Source of the DNA: a virus
Length of the DNA: 64,000 nt
Reading direction: 5' to 3' (one strand)
UHGV virus genome: UHGV-0275551
A model generated the notes under the pieces. It did no database searches and was not told the DNA's origin. It was given only the letters and a program-made list of their open reading frames with translations. A program made the position numbers and the translations under genes. Positions 47,551-57,364 of the stretch are shown here, in pieces; position 1 is the stretch's first letter, and each line of letters begins with the position of its first letter.

Positions 47551-49917
47551 TTAATCGTAAATTGTTGTACCTTCTGGAACACATTTCACATTAAAGCCTA
47601 AAAACTTACTCACTTCGATAGGTGATACTTTATTCCAATCTAAGTGTGAAAGCAAGAAGTTTTCTTGTTTTCTTTTTGAAAGATAGTTTGTCAGCTTGAT
47701 AACCATGCGGTCACCTGCTTTTTTAATCTTTTTGTACAGTTTTGTGTCATTATCAAGGCATGACTTCAAATCCTGAAGAACACTGATAGTGTAAGTGTAT
47801 GCAAACGGTGCAGCCACATACTGAATCTTACCGAACATTGCCTCAACAGCATCTTCATTCCCTTCTAAGAAGATTGTCTTAATAGTATCCCTTGAATAAC
47901 AATACCCGCGAGAAATCTTCCTGTTATTGAACGTAAAGTTTCTGGCAATAATCCAACTGCTTGTAAGGTCGAGGACACCATCCATGTAGATGCGTGTCAT
48001 ATACCTGTTATGGTTAATCCAATGAACATCAGTTAAGCTGTCGTTCAAGAGCTTCTCATCTACTTCAATCCAGTCTTCTGGTATCTTTTTCCAATTTGCT
48101 TTTCGGAAAACATAGACTGTCTTGCCTGTAACATTAGCAACTGACTTAGCTACATCCTCTGGAGATGAGCAAAAACATCTACCATCAACTGTGTCACCTA
48201 CTGCCTTAATATAAAGCTGAGGTTCTTCAATTGTGTCTAAGTCTTCTGACACCTCTTTGTATGAAGCTTTAGTTTCTGCTGGAACAGCTTTCCAGAGTTT
48301 TACAACACCCCTTACAGCTTCTTTACGCTGATAGTGGTGTTCCTTATCAGACATCTTCACAATCTTTAACAAGCTTTTATCAAGTTTGTGTAGATTGATT
48401 AAATCATCTAACTCTTTTTCAGTCGAGAATACAAACACAATGCCATTGTATCTGTGGAACAGGCCTGACTCGTTAGCGTAGTCTCGACATGCACCACGCA
48501 AAATTTGATTGCGTCCTACAGTCTTCTCAGTACCGTTTTTATTGCGACGGTCATTAATCACGAACAAAAACTGTTCAATTTGGCTTTTACGCATTGCACC
48601 AAAGATATTGAACATGCTTGCCTCTTGAGTGTAGGAAAGTGCTGTTGCACGAATCTTACTCTCTAAAGAGTTGAACTTGACATAAGCAACTGGGTCATAA
48701 AGATAATCTACTTTAGGGATATTGTTCCCGTTCCTATCAACCTTAATATTGCCTTTACCGTCACGTTCATAAATGACTGAGCCGTCTTCTGCGTAGATAA
48801 TTCCACGACGAATGTTTAACAATTCTTCTTCCAGAGAATCAAGCTTAATGCCTCCCCACTCTAGCTTTGGACACACAGCATTAAACATCTCTCGTGAGTT
48901 CAAACGTAGCTCTGCATAAGCCTGTGCAGCATCCATGAGTGTAGGTTGGCTATTAACTTTCTTGATAACATCCTTTGTAATTGCTTCAGTTATCTTTTTG
49001 GTAGCCTCGATGATAACATTTTTTGTCGTATCATTCATCTGCAATGCTTCACGAGAAGCTGCTATAGCAACTGAACCAATAGGCATGTAGATGTTTACAA
49101 GGTCTACGCTCCTACGGAAAAACTCTGGCAAGACTTTGAAGAAATCATCACCAAGTAATGCTTCCATGTTCACTGGATAGGCAATATTACCCATCACCAC
49201 ATTAAACTCTGTCCTGTTACCACTAGAACGCCAGCTTTGCTTATGAATCATGGCATCGTAAACACCTTCTTCACGGGCAATGACGTTCATATCTGCTAAT
49301 ACATCGTCGTACTCAATATTACTTTCTGGTTTTACAGTGAAGTATGAGTACACATTTCCAGCTTCTTCAAAGAACTTTGAGATACGGTGGTCAGCAACTG
49401 CCACACGTACAGCTAAACCATTAGGTTCTTTTGTTGGGTTAGTGGTCAGTTTAGTTACTTGAGGGATACCATTCTCAAGATAAACAGAGTACTTATTAAC
49501 AACACCATCAACATAGCTAGATACTGTGAATGACTGAGCAATTGCAAATGGGGATTTTGAGCCGACACCCATTGCACCAATGTAGTCATTAGAGTCATTC
49601 TTCGTAGAAGCCCCGTAGTTTAGGTACAAACTCATAACTTTATCATGAGTCAATCCAGTTCCAAAATCACGAACTTCAAAGTAAGGCTCAAAACGAGTAG
49701 GTAAATGCACATGGAACGGGATGTTCTCTTTTCCAGCTTCTTTCTGAGCATCTACTGCGTTACATGACAGTTCACGAATCACTGCCCTTTCTTTAAAGGT
49801 ATATACACCAGAACTCAAAAGGCTGAACATCTCAGGTGTCATTGTAATCTGTGCTTGAGACGTCTCTAAAGAAGTTGAACTCTTAATCACTTCTGCGTGG
49901 TCATTTACCATGCGCAT
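47551..49917 (-). CDS. rIIA: rIIA-like protein with GHKL/Bergerat ATPase fold
   Basis: 788 aa; N-terminal RELSCNAVDAQ ... VRDFGTGLT ... GAMGVGSKS resembles HATPase_c motifs found in T4 rIIA. Confidence 0.55.
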   Translation of the reverse strand: MRMVNDHAEVIKSSTSLETSQAQITMTPEMFSLLSSGVYTFKERAVIRELSCNAVDAQKEAGKENIPFHVHLPTRFEPYFEVRDFGTGLTHDKVMSLYLNYGASTKNDSNDYIGAMGVGSKSPFAIAQSFTVSSYVDGVVNKYSVYLENGIPQVTKLTTNPTKEPNGLAVRVAVADHRISKFFEEAGNVYSYFTVKPESNIEYDDVLADMNVIAREEGVYDAMIHKQSWRSSGNRTEFNVVMGNIAYPVNMEALLGDDFFKVLPEFFRRSVDLVNIYMPIGSVAIAASREALQMNDTTKNVIIEATKKITEAITKDVIKKVNSQPTLMDAAQAYAELRLNSREMFNAVCPKLEWGGIKLDSLEEELLNIRRGIIYAEDGSVIYERDGKGNIKVDRNGNNIPKVDYLYDPVAYVKFNSLESKIRATALSYTQEASMFNIFGAMRKSQIEQFLFVINDRRNKNGTEKTVGRNQILRGACRDYANESGLFHRYNGIVFVFSTEKELDDLINLHKLDKSLLKIVKMSDKEHHYQRKEAVRGVVKLWKAVPAETKASYKEVSEDLDTIEEPQLYIKAVGDTVDGRCFCSSPEDVAKSVANVTGKTVYVFRKANWKKIPEDWIEVDEKLLNDSLTDVHWINHNRYMTRIYMDGVLDLTSSWIIARNFTFNNRKISRGYCYSRDTIKTIFLEGNEDAVEAMFGKIQYVAAPFAYTYTISVLQDLKSCLDNDTKLYKKIKKAGDRMVIKLTNYLSKRKQENFLLSHLDWNKVSPIEVSKFLGFNVKCVPEGTTIYD

Positions 49918-49945
49918 AATACTTTCCTCTTAGTTTACTGTTAAA

Positions 49946-50122
49946 TTACTTATTAAACATTTTACCAGAACCACCACACATAGGGCAACAACCTGCTCTT
50001 GTATACCCTTCCCCATTGCAGTAATCACACTTCTTGTACTCTGCATAGTACTTGCAAAGAAGGTAAACAAATACTGCTACGCTGCCAAGTGACAGTAAAA
50101 TTTCTATCCAATATGCTTGCAT
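49946..50122 (-). CDS. small membrane-anchored zinc-finger protein (not in track, 58 aa)
   Basis: hand-translated: MQAYWIEILLSLGSVAVFVYLLCKYYAEYKKCDYCNGEGYTRAGCCPMCGGSGKMFNK; GAGAGGTGA RBS; two CxxCxGxG motifs. Confidence 0.45.
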   Translation of the reverse strand: MQAYWIEILLSLGSVAVFVYLLCKYYAEYKKCDYCNGEGYTRAGCCPMCGGSGKMFNK

Positions 50123-50439
50123 GACTCACCTCTCATATTTTTGTAAAGGATAAAGCTTCTGTCATGGACGATACTTGTAGATACTGCAAAGTTACTTTCA
50201 AGCATCTGTTTGTTTGGATTGTAGAAGCTTTTTTTAAACTCGTCAAGCGCAAATTGGTGGTTGTCTGGAAGACCTTTTACACAAACTTTTATTGTGACTG
50301 CTGCTGCAATCTTACCATTCAGTTCTTCTTTAGCTGCTACTAAAATTTTGTTAAGGAACTTTTTACCATCTTCAGGTTTCTTAATATTCTCCCAACGTTC
50401 TTCTAAGACAATGTTGATGTTCATCTCTTTGATTTTCAT
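50104..50439 (-). CDS. hypothetical protein
   Basis: 111-aa track ORF; GGAGAAG RBS after the upstream terminator. Confidence 0.45.
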   Translation of the reverse strand: MKIKEMNINIVLEERWENIKKPEDGKKFLNKILVAAKEELNGKIAAAVTIKVCVKGLPDNHQFALDEFKKSFYNPNKQMLESNFAVSTSIVHDRSFILYKNMRGESCKHIG

Positions 50440-50451
50440 AATCTTCTCCAG

Positions 50452-50479
50452 AAATTAAAAAGGCTCCCGTAGGAGCCTC
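50452..50479 (-). terminator. rho-independent terminator after the NadV-like gene
   Basis: aggctcc-cgt-aggagcct hairpin followed on minus strand by TTTTAATTT. Confidence 0.55.
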
Positions 50480-50492
50480 TTATCATATACTT

Positions 50493-52274
50493 TTAAAGCT
50501 GCTTGTCAATATTATTTCGAATATCACCAAGAGTTGTGTAACCGTACTGCTCAGAGTCGCTAAAGACTAAACGTAAAGCACAAGCTGGATGTTCAAGTGC
50601 ATCTGCAAAGCTCTGGAATCCATAGCCATCTACAGCTTTCAAATTCTCACCATCCCACATAGGTGCTACACCACCAAAGGCAGATTTCTTAACACCACTA
50701 TCTGTTTTAGGGTCTTTTGCAAGCATAATCTCTTTGCCACCAATGCTTGCAAGAGTTGCTTTGACAGCAAATGCAAAGGTGTCACGAGTCATGTACTGGT
50801 AAGTGTAAGAGCCTACACCAAACACTACGTTAGAGCTTGCAAAACCCATTTCATACAGACGCTTCAGGATTTCGTTTGCACGTTCCAACGTGATAGAGTC
50901 ACCATAGATAAGTCCAATGTGCTCATCCAGTACCTTAAAACCTTTAGAGTTGATAGTTCCTCCAAAGATGTTATACAAGGTCTTAATAGCTCCATCAATC
51001 TCTGCTACAGGGCGTGTTACAACGTTTGCAGAACCAACCATATAAGCGTTCTTCAACATCACTGTATCAGCAACTTCAAAGTCTTCTCTGTCAACAACCA
51101 TTTCGTAGCCTTCTGACAGTAGCCATCCAGCAATACCATAGCTGATGTTTTCAAGCTTCATGTTCAGAACAGCATTCAGCATTGTGTCACTGGCTTCCAG
51201 ATTGCTTAGGTGCTCATAATAAGCCTTTTTAGCACACTCTAAGTGGATTGCTTTATAACCTGTGACAATGTGTACAGGGTCTCCAGAGTCAGGACGAATT
51301 ACCAGTTTGCCATCACGTTCCATAATTTCTTTACGGAGTGCTGGTAAGATTTCTGACACAGTTCTCCAGAAGTTATAAGTGTCTGAAACAACACTTGCAA
51401 TACCAGTTGGATAAGTTTCTGTTAAGAAGCGACGGAAGGTTTGCAACTCACCTTTAAAGCGTCTTTCTTCTTCAACCAACTCATTACCACCTTCCCAAGC
51501 AATGTTTGCACACATTACAGAGTGTTCAGTGGCTGGTACAGAACCACCAATATCAGAGACTGGGTAAGACTGTCCGTAGATGCGTTTAGCTGTATATACA
51601 GCAGGGAAGCTATCAGTCCCTTTAAAGCTGGTTAAGTGGCCTACAGCGTTAAATGCGTCATCAGTAAAGCCGGACATACCACGCATAGCAAAGTCATGGC
51701 ACTGATAAGGTAAATGTAAGTCATTGTCGCAAGTAAGGTCAGCCCACTTCTTACAGATGCGTTTATAATGCAATGCAATAGTTGCAATGGTACAAGCCTT
51801 CCAAATCTCAGCAGAGAAAGCATCTTCCAGATATCCCGCTACCCAATGGAAACCTGAAACAGTGTTCTGGAAGACAATCATTGGTACACGCATAGGAACA
51901 ACTGTACCTTCTTCTACAGCGTATACTTCAACTGGTAGATAACCTAAGTCGTGAAGTGCTTCCCAATGCTCTCGACCGATAGCATCTTTACCCAGAACAC
52001 CATTCATGACTTCTAAGATTTCATCAATGGCTTCTTTTTTATCACGTTCAAAGAAAGTGGCGTTCCAGTGGTCTATCAAGTAATCTTTAACGAAACGTTG
52101 AATACCAAAAGCTACTACACCATCAATTGCTAAGGGGCTGTTAAACCACTTATCACTACGTGGTGTCAGGTTCAACATAAGATATTGCGTAGCATCTGGA
52201 TACTGATATATATGTGATGCCTTGTAAGCATCTGCATTAAGACCTGCTGGTACTGCGTAAAGTGACTTACTCAT
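50493..52274 (-). CDS. nadV: nicotinamide phosphoribosyltransferase-like protein (NadV/NAMPT family)
   Basis: 593-aa track ORF; overall resemblance to NAMPT/NadV-type phosphoribosyltransferases; adjacent to Prs-like gene. Confidence 0.55.
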   Translation of the reverse strand: MSKSLYAVPAGLNADAYKASHIYQYPDATQYLMLNLTPRSDKWFNSPLAIDGVVAFGIQRFVKDYLIDHWNATFFERDKKEAIDEILEVMNGVLGKDAIGREHWEALHDLGYLPVEVYAVEEGTVVPMRVPMIVFQNTVSGFHWVAGYLEDAFSAEIWKACTIATIALHYKRICKKWADLTCDNDLHLPYQCHDFAMRGMSGFTDDAFNAVGHLTSFKGTDSFPAVYTAKRIYGQSYPVSDIGGSVPATEHSVMCANIAWEGGNELVEEERRFKGELQTFRRFLTETYPTGIASVVSDTYNFWRTVSEILPALRKEIMERDGKLVIRPDSGDPVHIVTGYKAIHLECAKKAYYEHLSNLEASDTMLNAVLNMKLENISYGIAGWLLSEGYEMVVDREDFEVADTVMLKNAYMVGSANVVTRPVAEIDGAIKTLYNIFGGTINSKGFKVLDEHIGLIYGDSITLERANEILKRLYEMGFASSNVVFGVGSYTYQYMTRDTFAFAVKATLASIGGKEIMLAKDPKTDSGVKKSAFGGVAPMWDGENLKAVDGYGFQSFADALEHPACALRLVFSDSEQYGYTTLGDIRNNIDKQL

Positions 52275-52290
52275 ATTTTATCTCTCTCTC

Positions 52291-52782
52291 TTAGTTATGT
52301 CTTGCAAACTCACCATGAAGTTCTATTCGCTTTTTAATTACAGCTTCTTTTGCTTCTTCTACCGTTTTAAATCTTCCACAAAAGTATTCTTTATGGTAAA
52401 GCATGACTCTTGCTTTGTAAAGACCTGTTTGTTTACAAAAACTTACACCCTTCACACCAGTTTTATTATTCTTGTATATACCCCTATTCCTCTGATTTTG
52501 TGACTTTGTGCTAAGTCTTAAATTATCCAACTTATTATTAGATTTATCAAGGTCTATGTGGTCTATCTCATATCCACTTGGTATCTCACCTCCAGACATA
52601 ATCCATGCAATATTATGTGCATAGTACCTCTTCTTATTTATCTGGACTTGGATATAACCCTTCTTAGACCTTGTGCCAGCCACATTACCAGCAATAGCGG
52701 TACTGCAAAGGGTTACTCTCCAAATTAATAAACCTGTATCTGGTTCATATATTAGGTATCTTTCAAAATAACCCTTATTCAT
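52291..52782 (-). CDS. HNH homing endonuclease with AP2-like DNA-binding domain
   Basis: 163 aa; YEIDHIDLDKSNNKLDNLR HNH core and KTGVKGVSFCKQTGLYKARV AP2-like segment; inserted between NadV-like and Prs-like genes. Confidence 0.6.
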   Translation of the reverse strand: MNKGYFERYLIYEPDTGLLIWRVTLCSTAIAGNVAGTRSKKGYIQVQINKKRYYAHNIAWIMSGGEIPSGYEIDHIDLDKSNNKLDNLRLSTKSQNQRNRGIYKNNKTGVKGVSFCKQTGLYKARVMLYHKEYFCGRFKTVEEAKEAVIKKRIELHGEFARHN

Positions 52783-52790
52783 ACTGTTAC

Positions 52791-53687
52791 CTAATCAATG
52801 GTTGCTACAGTAACTTGACCATAATGTGTTAAGCCACGGTCTTTAGCTTCCCCTAAAGAGTTTGTAGTGTAGATGTGGTCAATGCCATTGTCAAGAAGGT
52901 TTTCAACATCTTTAGAGAAGATACCGTGTGTTACATAGAGTTCCACACGTTTTGCACCTGCTTCACGAAGATGTTTAGCTGCTTCTATGAAGGTTCGACC
53001 ACCATCACAGATATCATCCAGAATCATGACGGTTTTATCTGTCAAATCAACATCATCAAGGATTCGCATACCAGTAATTTCACCAGTCTTAAGGTTGCGT
53101 ACTTTAGACATTGTGATATATGGTTTATCCACCTCTTTAGCAGTCTCTGCAATCTTCTTAGCAGCACCTGCATCTGGGGCTACTAAGTAATCAATCAGTG
53201 GGTCATTTGCATAGTGGACTGCAATTTCCTTTTGAGGAATACTCTGGAAGCAGTTAAACAGGTTATCTGGTACATAGCTGTGAGGGTCAACTGCACAGAC
53301 TGCACCAAATCTCATTGCATTTACCTGTTTAGCAAAAACCTTTAAAGCTGCTGCGTCGCCTTTAAACATGTGACGGTCATAACGTGCATTTGGTAAGTAG
53401 TAAAAGATGACAGTCTTTAAAGCATAATCATGAGGAATTAAATCATCAATTGCTTCTTTAGCAAGTGCCACAGCAAACAATGTATCCTTATCATAACCTT
53501 TTACAATCATAATCACATTGTTGATGGATGATGCTGCATAAGCAGTGAAATCAACAAACTCTGGCGAAAAGTGTCCACCAATCTCACCAGAAGGAAATTG
53601 GATGATGTTAAACTCTTCTTCATGAGTTCCTTTAGTTGGTGAATGAACTGTAACACGGATAGATGTTTTCATAGTTTTCTCTCTCAA
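52791..53687 (-). CDS. prs: ribose-phosphate pyrophosphokinase-like protein (Prs family)
   Basis: 298 aa; PRPP-binding loop VMILDDICDGGRTF and two PRTase-like halves. Confidence 0.6.
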   Translation of the reverse strand: MREKTMKTSIRVTVHSPTKGTHEEEFNIIQFPSGEIGGHFSPEFVDFTAYAASSINNVIMIVKGYDKDTLFAVALAKEAIDDLIPHDYALKTVIFYYLPNARYDRHMFKGDAAALKVFAKQVNAMRFGAVCAVDPHSYVPDNLFNCFQSIPQKEIAVHYANDPLIDYLVAPDAGAAKKIAETAKEVDKPYITMSKVRNLKTGEITGMRILDDVDLTDKTVMILDDICDGGRTFIEAAKHLREAGAKRVELYVTHGIFSKDVENLLDNGIDHIYTTNSLGEAKDRGLTHYGQVTVATID

Positions 53688-53962
53688 TCAAAAGTTACGT
53701 TTGTTACTGCCATTGCAGATTTGCATTTTGCAGGGTCTACAACGTGATAAAGTACACTACAGTTACCTGTACTGTCTGGTACAGGTTTAACCCATTGTTG
53801 CTTGACAGTTGGTTCGCCTAAGTCTTTGTAAGAACCATCTGTAAAATTGTTTACCATCTCAAGTGCAATTGGTTCTGGAACATGACCACGTATCATGTAC
53901 ATCTCACAACCATTACCACCTTCACTCACTAATGGTAAAATTTCCCACTTCTCTTTAGCCAT
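53684..53962 (-). CDS. hypothetical protein
   Basis: 92-aa track ORF. Confidence 0.4.
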   Translation of the reverse strand: MAKEKWEILPLVSEGGNGCEMYMIRGHVPEPIALEMVNNFTDGSYKDLGEPTVKQQWVKPVPDSTGNCSVLYHVVDPAKCKSAMAVTNVTFD

Positions 53963-54470
53963 TGTAAGTTGCCCTATAAACTGTCTCGAACTTCAACAGG
54001 AGAGATATTGCCAAATCTGTATAGTTGTTGTCAAGCACCTCTGGCATATTATTTTTGATATATTTCTCTTGCTCTTCATAGGTCATCTTAGGTGTGCTTA
54101 GAAGGTTATCCCCTTGCTTCTGGTTATCAGCTTTAGTTTGGATAAACCAGTTCGCACAGTGATGTTCACCACCTTTTGTAACAGGTTTGTGGTGGCCTAG
54201 TGTAAATGTTTGCTTACCCGTATACCTGCAAAGATTGTTCAGTGTTGCAATGGTGTTCTTCACAACACACCATTCATACAGGTTATCTATTGTGTAGTGT
54301 GGGTAATAACGGACAAGTGCTCTTTCACGGAAGTTATCACGATTCCAAAGAACCATGTGATTCGAGTTAGAAGGGTCGTATTGGTGGGAGTCAATGAACT
54401 CTTGACGTTCCTCAAAGCTGAGTCTTAGAACTGACATTGCAGCAGAACGTTTCAGATTTGACAGGTACAT
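53955..54470 (-). CDS. HNH-like nuclease, putative
   Basis: 171 aa; LGHHKPVTKGGEHHCANW...NQKQGDN fits an HH..N..N type HNH core. Confidence 0.35.
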   Translation of the reverse strand: MYLSNLKRSAAMSVLRLSFEERQEFIDSHQYDPSNSNHMVLWNRDNFRERALVRYYPHYTIDNLYEWCVVKNTIATLNNLCRYTGKQTFTLGHHKPVTKGGEHHCANWFIQTKADNQKQGDNLLSTPKMTYEEQEKYIKNNMPEVLDNNYTDLAISLLLKFETVYRATYNG

Positions 54471-54481
54471 ACTATCTCCAA

Positions 54482-54512
54482 AATAAAAAGGGAACCTTTA
54501 CAGTTCCCTTAT
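54482..54512 (-). terminator. rho-independent terminator
   Basis: gggaac-ctttaca-gttccc hairpin followed on minus strand by TTTTTATTTT. Confidence 0.5.
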
Positions 54513-54844
54513 AGTATCTGCTTACTGAGCTACTTTCAAGATTCTTGTGAATGGAATTTCACTTTCTTCCATTAACTCTTTAGTTTCTTTGGTAACTTTC
54601 ACAAAGTTATCTAGGCAGATAATCTTCTTATCTTTCTTACTATAGGTTAATTTAACCTTTTCAATATCTTTCTCAGAGCTTTTCTCTTCATTGAAGAGTT
54701 TTACAGCCTCTTTGAATGGGAGATATGAGCCATCATTATCACTAATGAATCCTGTACCACAATAGTAGGAGTTATGCTATCTAGCCATAAACTGGCACAG
54801 TAAGAAAATCTGTAATTTACGAGTGTTATAAACTTTGCTCATGA

Positions 54845-55111
54845 CTATTTAGCCTTCTTATTACGTTTACGGTTACGAGCTTTCTTAGCTGCTCGTTTAA
54901 TAGCTGCTGCACCAGACGGACGGTGGGCTTGTTTCTTACCACCTTTGCCACGGCCTACATAGATGTAAGGCTGCTGTTCAATTTGGCTTGTAAGAACCTG
55001 TGCAACCGCTGAAGCATCTACACCGACCTGCTTTCCAGTCATAGAAACAATTGCTGCTGCTTTTGCCAGTGCCTTCAAGAATCCAGCTTTCATATTACCT
55101 AAAATTCCCAT
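54845..55111 (-). CDS. hypothetical basic protein
   Basis: 88-aa track ORF; Lys/Arg-rich C terminus. Confidence 0.4.
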   Translation of the reverse strand: MGILGNMKAGFLKALAKAAAIVSMTGKQVGVDASAVAQVLTSQIEQQPYIYVGRGKGGKKQAHRPSGAAAIKRAAKKARNRKRNKKAK

Positions 55112-55207
55112 TTTTAGTCTCTCTCATTAAAGTTTAATACAGAACTTATGAAGTTCTTCTTCAGTGATACCAATTGGAGTTATACCTTAGTCCATTTGCC
55201 AGAATAA

Positions 55208-55693
55208 TCACTCTGCTCTCCACTGACAATCACCTTGCCACCCATACTCTTTTCTCCAGAGGTTTTGGTTATCAGAACCACGATATGGTTTAACTGTTGG
55301 TTTAGATGAATCATACTTACCATCAATCACCACGTCAACATATTTCATCACATCAAGGTGAATTTTTTCATGTAACTGAAAACCTGTCCAGAGCCAGATA
55401 GATTTTTCTGGGTAAACGGTTTTAATACGTTTGCATATGTTGGTAACCTCTTGAATGTTTCTATCATCCAGAGGTTCTCCACCAAGTATTGACAGCCCAC
55501 TGATGGCATTATCATCCATTAACTTAATGATGCCATAAAGGTTTGCATAAGTGAACTCTTTACCAGCATTAAACTTCCAAGATTCCTTATTAAAGCAACC
55601 TTCACAGTGATGCTTACAACCAGCTACGAAGAGGCTTACACGAACCCCTTCACCATTAGCTGTGTCAAATGGTCGAATCTCCATGTAATTCAT
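55208..55693 (-). CDS. nrdG: anaerobic ribonucleotide reductase activating protein (radical SAM)
   Basis: 161 aa; CxxxCxxC cluster (GCKHHCEGC) near N terminus; same region as NrdD. Confidence 0.7.
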   Translation of the reverse strand: MNYMEIRPFDTANGEGVRVSLFVAGCKHHCEGCFNKESWKFNAGKEFTYANLYGIIKLMDDNAISGLSILGGEPLDDRNIQEVTNICKRIKTVYPEKSIWLWTGFQLHEKIHLDVMKYVDVVIDGKYDSSKPTVKPYRGSDNQNLWRKEYGWQGDCQWRAE

Positions 55694-55702
55694 CTAGTTA
55701 CC

Positions 55703-56002
55703 TCACCAATACATATAAGTGTTCTTAGCGGCTTTCTTTGGAGACTTGCTATCAATATCAAAATCTTCATCTAAGAAGGATGTCTTAGAAAGCTGCCTTA
55801 TTTGTGTTCTTGTAAGACGTTTAGTGGCCTTCTTAATCTCTCTACAAGGCTGGCTTGTGAAGTCGTAAGAGCCACCTTTTCTGGACATCATATCAGAATG
55901 GAAGTAGACATCTGAAGCATTTTCTCTGTTACGTACCTCATTTCTCCACTCATAGAGTCCATGAACGTTCTTTAAACCTTTTCTTCGAATTGTTTTACTC
56001 AT
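55703..56002 (-). CDS. hypothetical protein
   Basis: 99-aa track ORF. Confidence 0.4.
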   Translation of the reverse strand: MSKTIRRKGLKNVHGLYEWRNEVRNRENASDVYFHSDMMSRKGGSYDFTSQPCREIKKATKRLTRTQIRQLSKTSFLDEDFDIDSKSPKKAAKNTYMYW

Positions 56003-56394
56003 TCAAACACCACCTGACAAGGAACCTGTTTAGTAATAAATTCTTCACAGTGTTCTTTAATGAAGTTTTGTAATGGCACACAGTCTTGTGCGCAAGTCAT
56101 TAGCATAATGTACTCTGGATTCATGATATTTTCAAGACTGTAGAAGACAACATCACCAGATAGTTCGTGACCATCTTCTTCAGACCAAGTTCCAGTGACT
56201 ACAGCTAATTTGTCAAGCAATTCATTAGGCAATGCTACACCATCTTCTACAGAATCACTTAGAACATTGTCGCCGATATACAATGTGAAGACCGTGTGGA
56301 ATGTTGAGTATCTTACATGATTCTTTTCACAAGAGCCACACTCTGAGGCATAATCTTTAATCCACTCTAACTGTTTTTGGCTCAACTTAATCAT
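55999..56394 (-). CDS. hypothetical protein
   Basis: 131-aa track ORF. Confidence 0.4.
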   Translation of the reverse strand: MIKLSQKQLEWIKDYASECGSCEKNHVRYSTFHTVFTLYIGDNVLSDSVEDGVALPNELLDKLAVVTGTWSEEDGHELSGDVVFYSLENIMNPEYIMLMTCAQDCVPLQNFIKEHCEEFITKQVPCQVVFE

Positions 56395-56591
56395 AATTTC
56401 ACCTTAGTTGGTAATGCACTGAATGCTATGACTAAACCTAAAAATGGTTTGAAGCATGACCATAAATCCATCTGACCATGATATGAGAAACTCCATTGTG
56501 GGTCTGAAAAACCCCATACCATAACACTAACCCCAAAGAAGAAGACTAGAATATGGAGTATGTATATCAACGCTTTTGATATCTTAAACAT
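56391..56591 (-). CDS. hypothetical small membrane protein
   Basis: 66-aa track ORF; hydrophobic core. Confidence 0.35.
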   Translation of the reverse strand: MFKISKALIYILHILVFFFGVSVMVWGFSDPQWSFSYHGQMDLWSCFKPFLGLVIAFSALPTKVKL

Positions 56592-56755
56592 TTTAACTTA
56601 CCTTTCAATTCACAATAAGAAAGTCCTAAAAAGAACCCTAGTAAGACAGAACCTATGAACAACCCAATAATACTCTCTGCCATATCTAACATCCAAATAA
56701 AAAGGTGATGTAAGTCTATCAAGACTCACACCACCATGTCAAGTTTTACATAAGG

Positions 56756-57364
56756 TTATTTTTTCTTACAATTGTCAAAATGATATCGAGTCATGTTACC
56801 AGCACCACCAGTCATACCACAATGAGGGCAAGTTTTCTTTTTCTTTGGCTTTTTTCCGGCTTCTGACATCTTCTTCCTTGTTTCTATAGACCTTTTACAA
56901 CCTTTTGATTTTGTATTGCCTATTTGAGATTCTCCTAATCGTCTTCGATGTTCTTCAGTGAAAACCCTACCTTTATTCACAATAGATAAAGCTTTCGAGT
57001 TCAAAGCTCTTACCTTTTCATAGTCTCTGGATGATATTTTCCTATCTAGGCCATCATGAGCTAACCTGTTCCATGCAAACCATAACTTATGATTGTTTGG
57101 ATACATCTTAACCAGTAATTTATGAGCTATATAATGCTCTCTAGGTGTAAGCAAAGCAATATTATCTCCACTAATTTTATCGCCACCTAGACATACCGGT
57201 ATGATATGGTGTCTTTCATAACCCTTACCTTGACATTTGTAGTATGTAAGAGGCACACCCCTTTCAGAATGTGCCTTCTTAATAATTGCATTATATATTA
57301 GTTCGTAATTCATTTGTATGCTACATAGAAACCCTATCCTTAATTTCTGCCATCTTAGCGTCAT
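56756..57364 (-). CDS. HNH homing endonuclease with C-terminal zinc ribbon
   Basis: 202-aa track ORF; ERHHIIPVCLGGDKISGDNIALLTPREHYIAHK HNH core; CPHCG motif; 5' end overlaps nrdD 3' end, so true start could be the internal ATG at 57313. Confidence 0.55.
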   Translation of the reverse strand: MTLRWQKLRIGFLCSIQMNYELIYNAIIKKAHSERGVPLTYYKCQGKGYERHHIIPVCLGGDKISGDNIALLTPREHYIAHKLLVKMYPNNHKLWFAWNRLAHDGLDRKISSRDYEKVRALNSKALSIVNKGRVFTEEHRRRLGESQIGNTKSKGCKRSIETRKKMSEAGKKPKKKKTCPHCGMTGGAGNMTRYHFDNCKKK

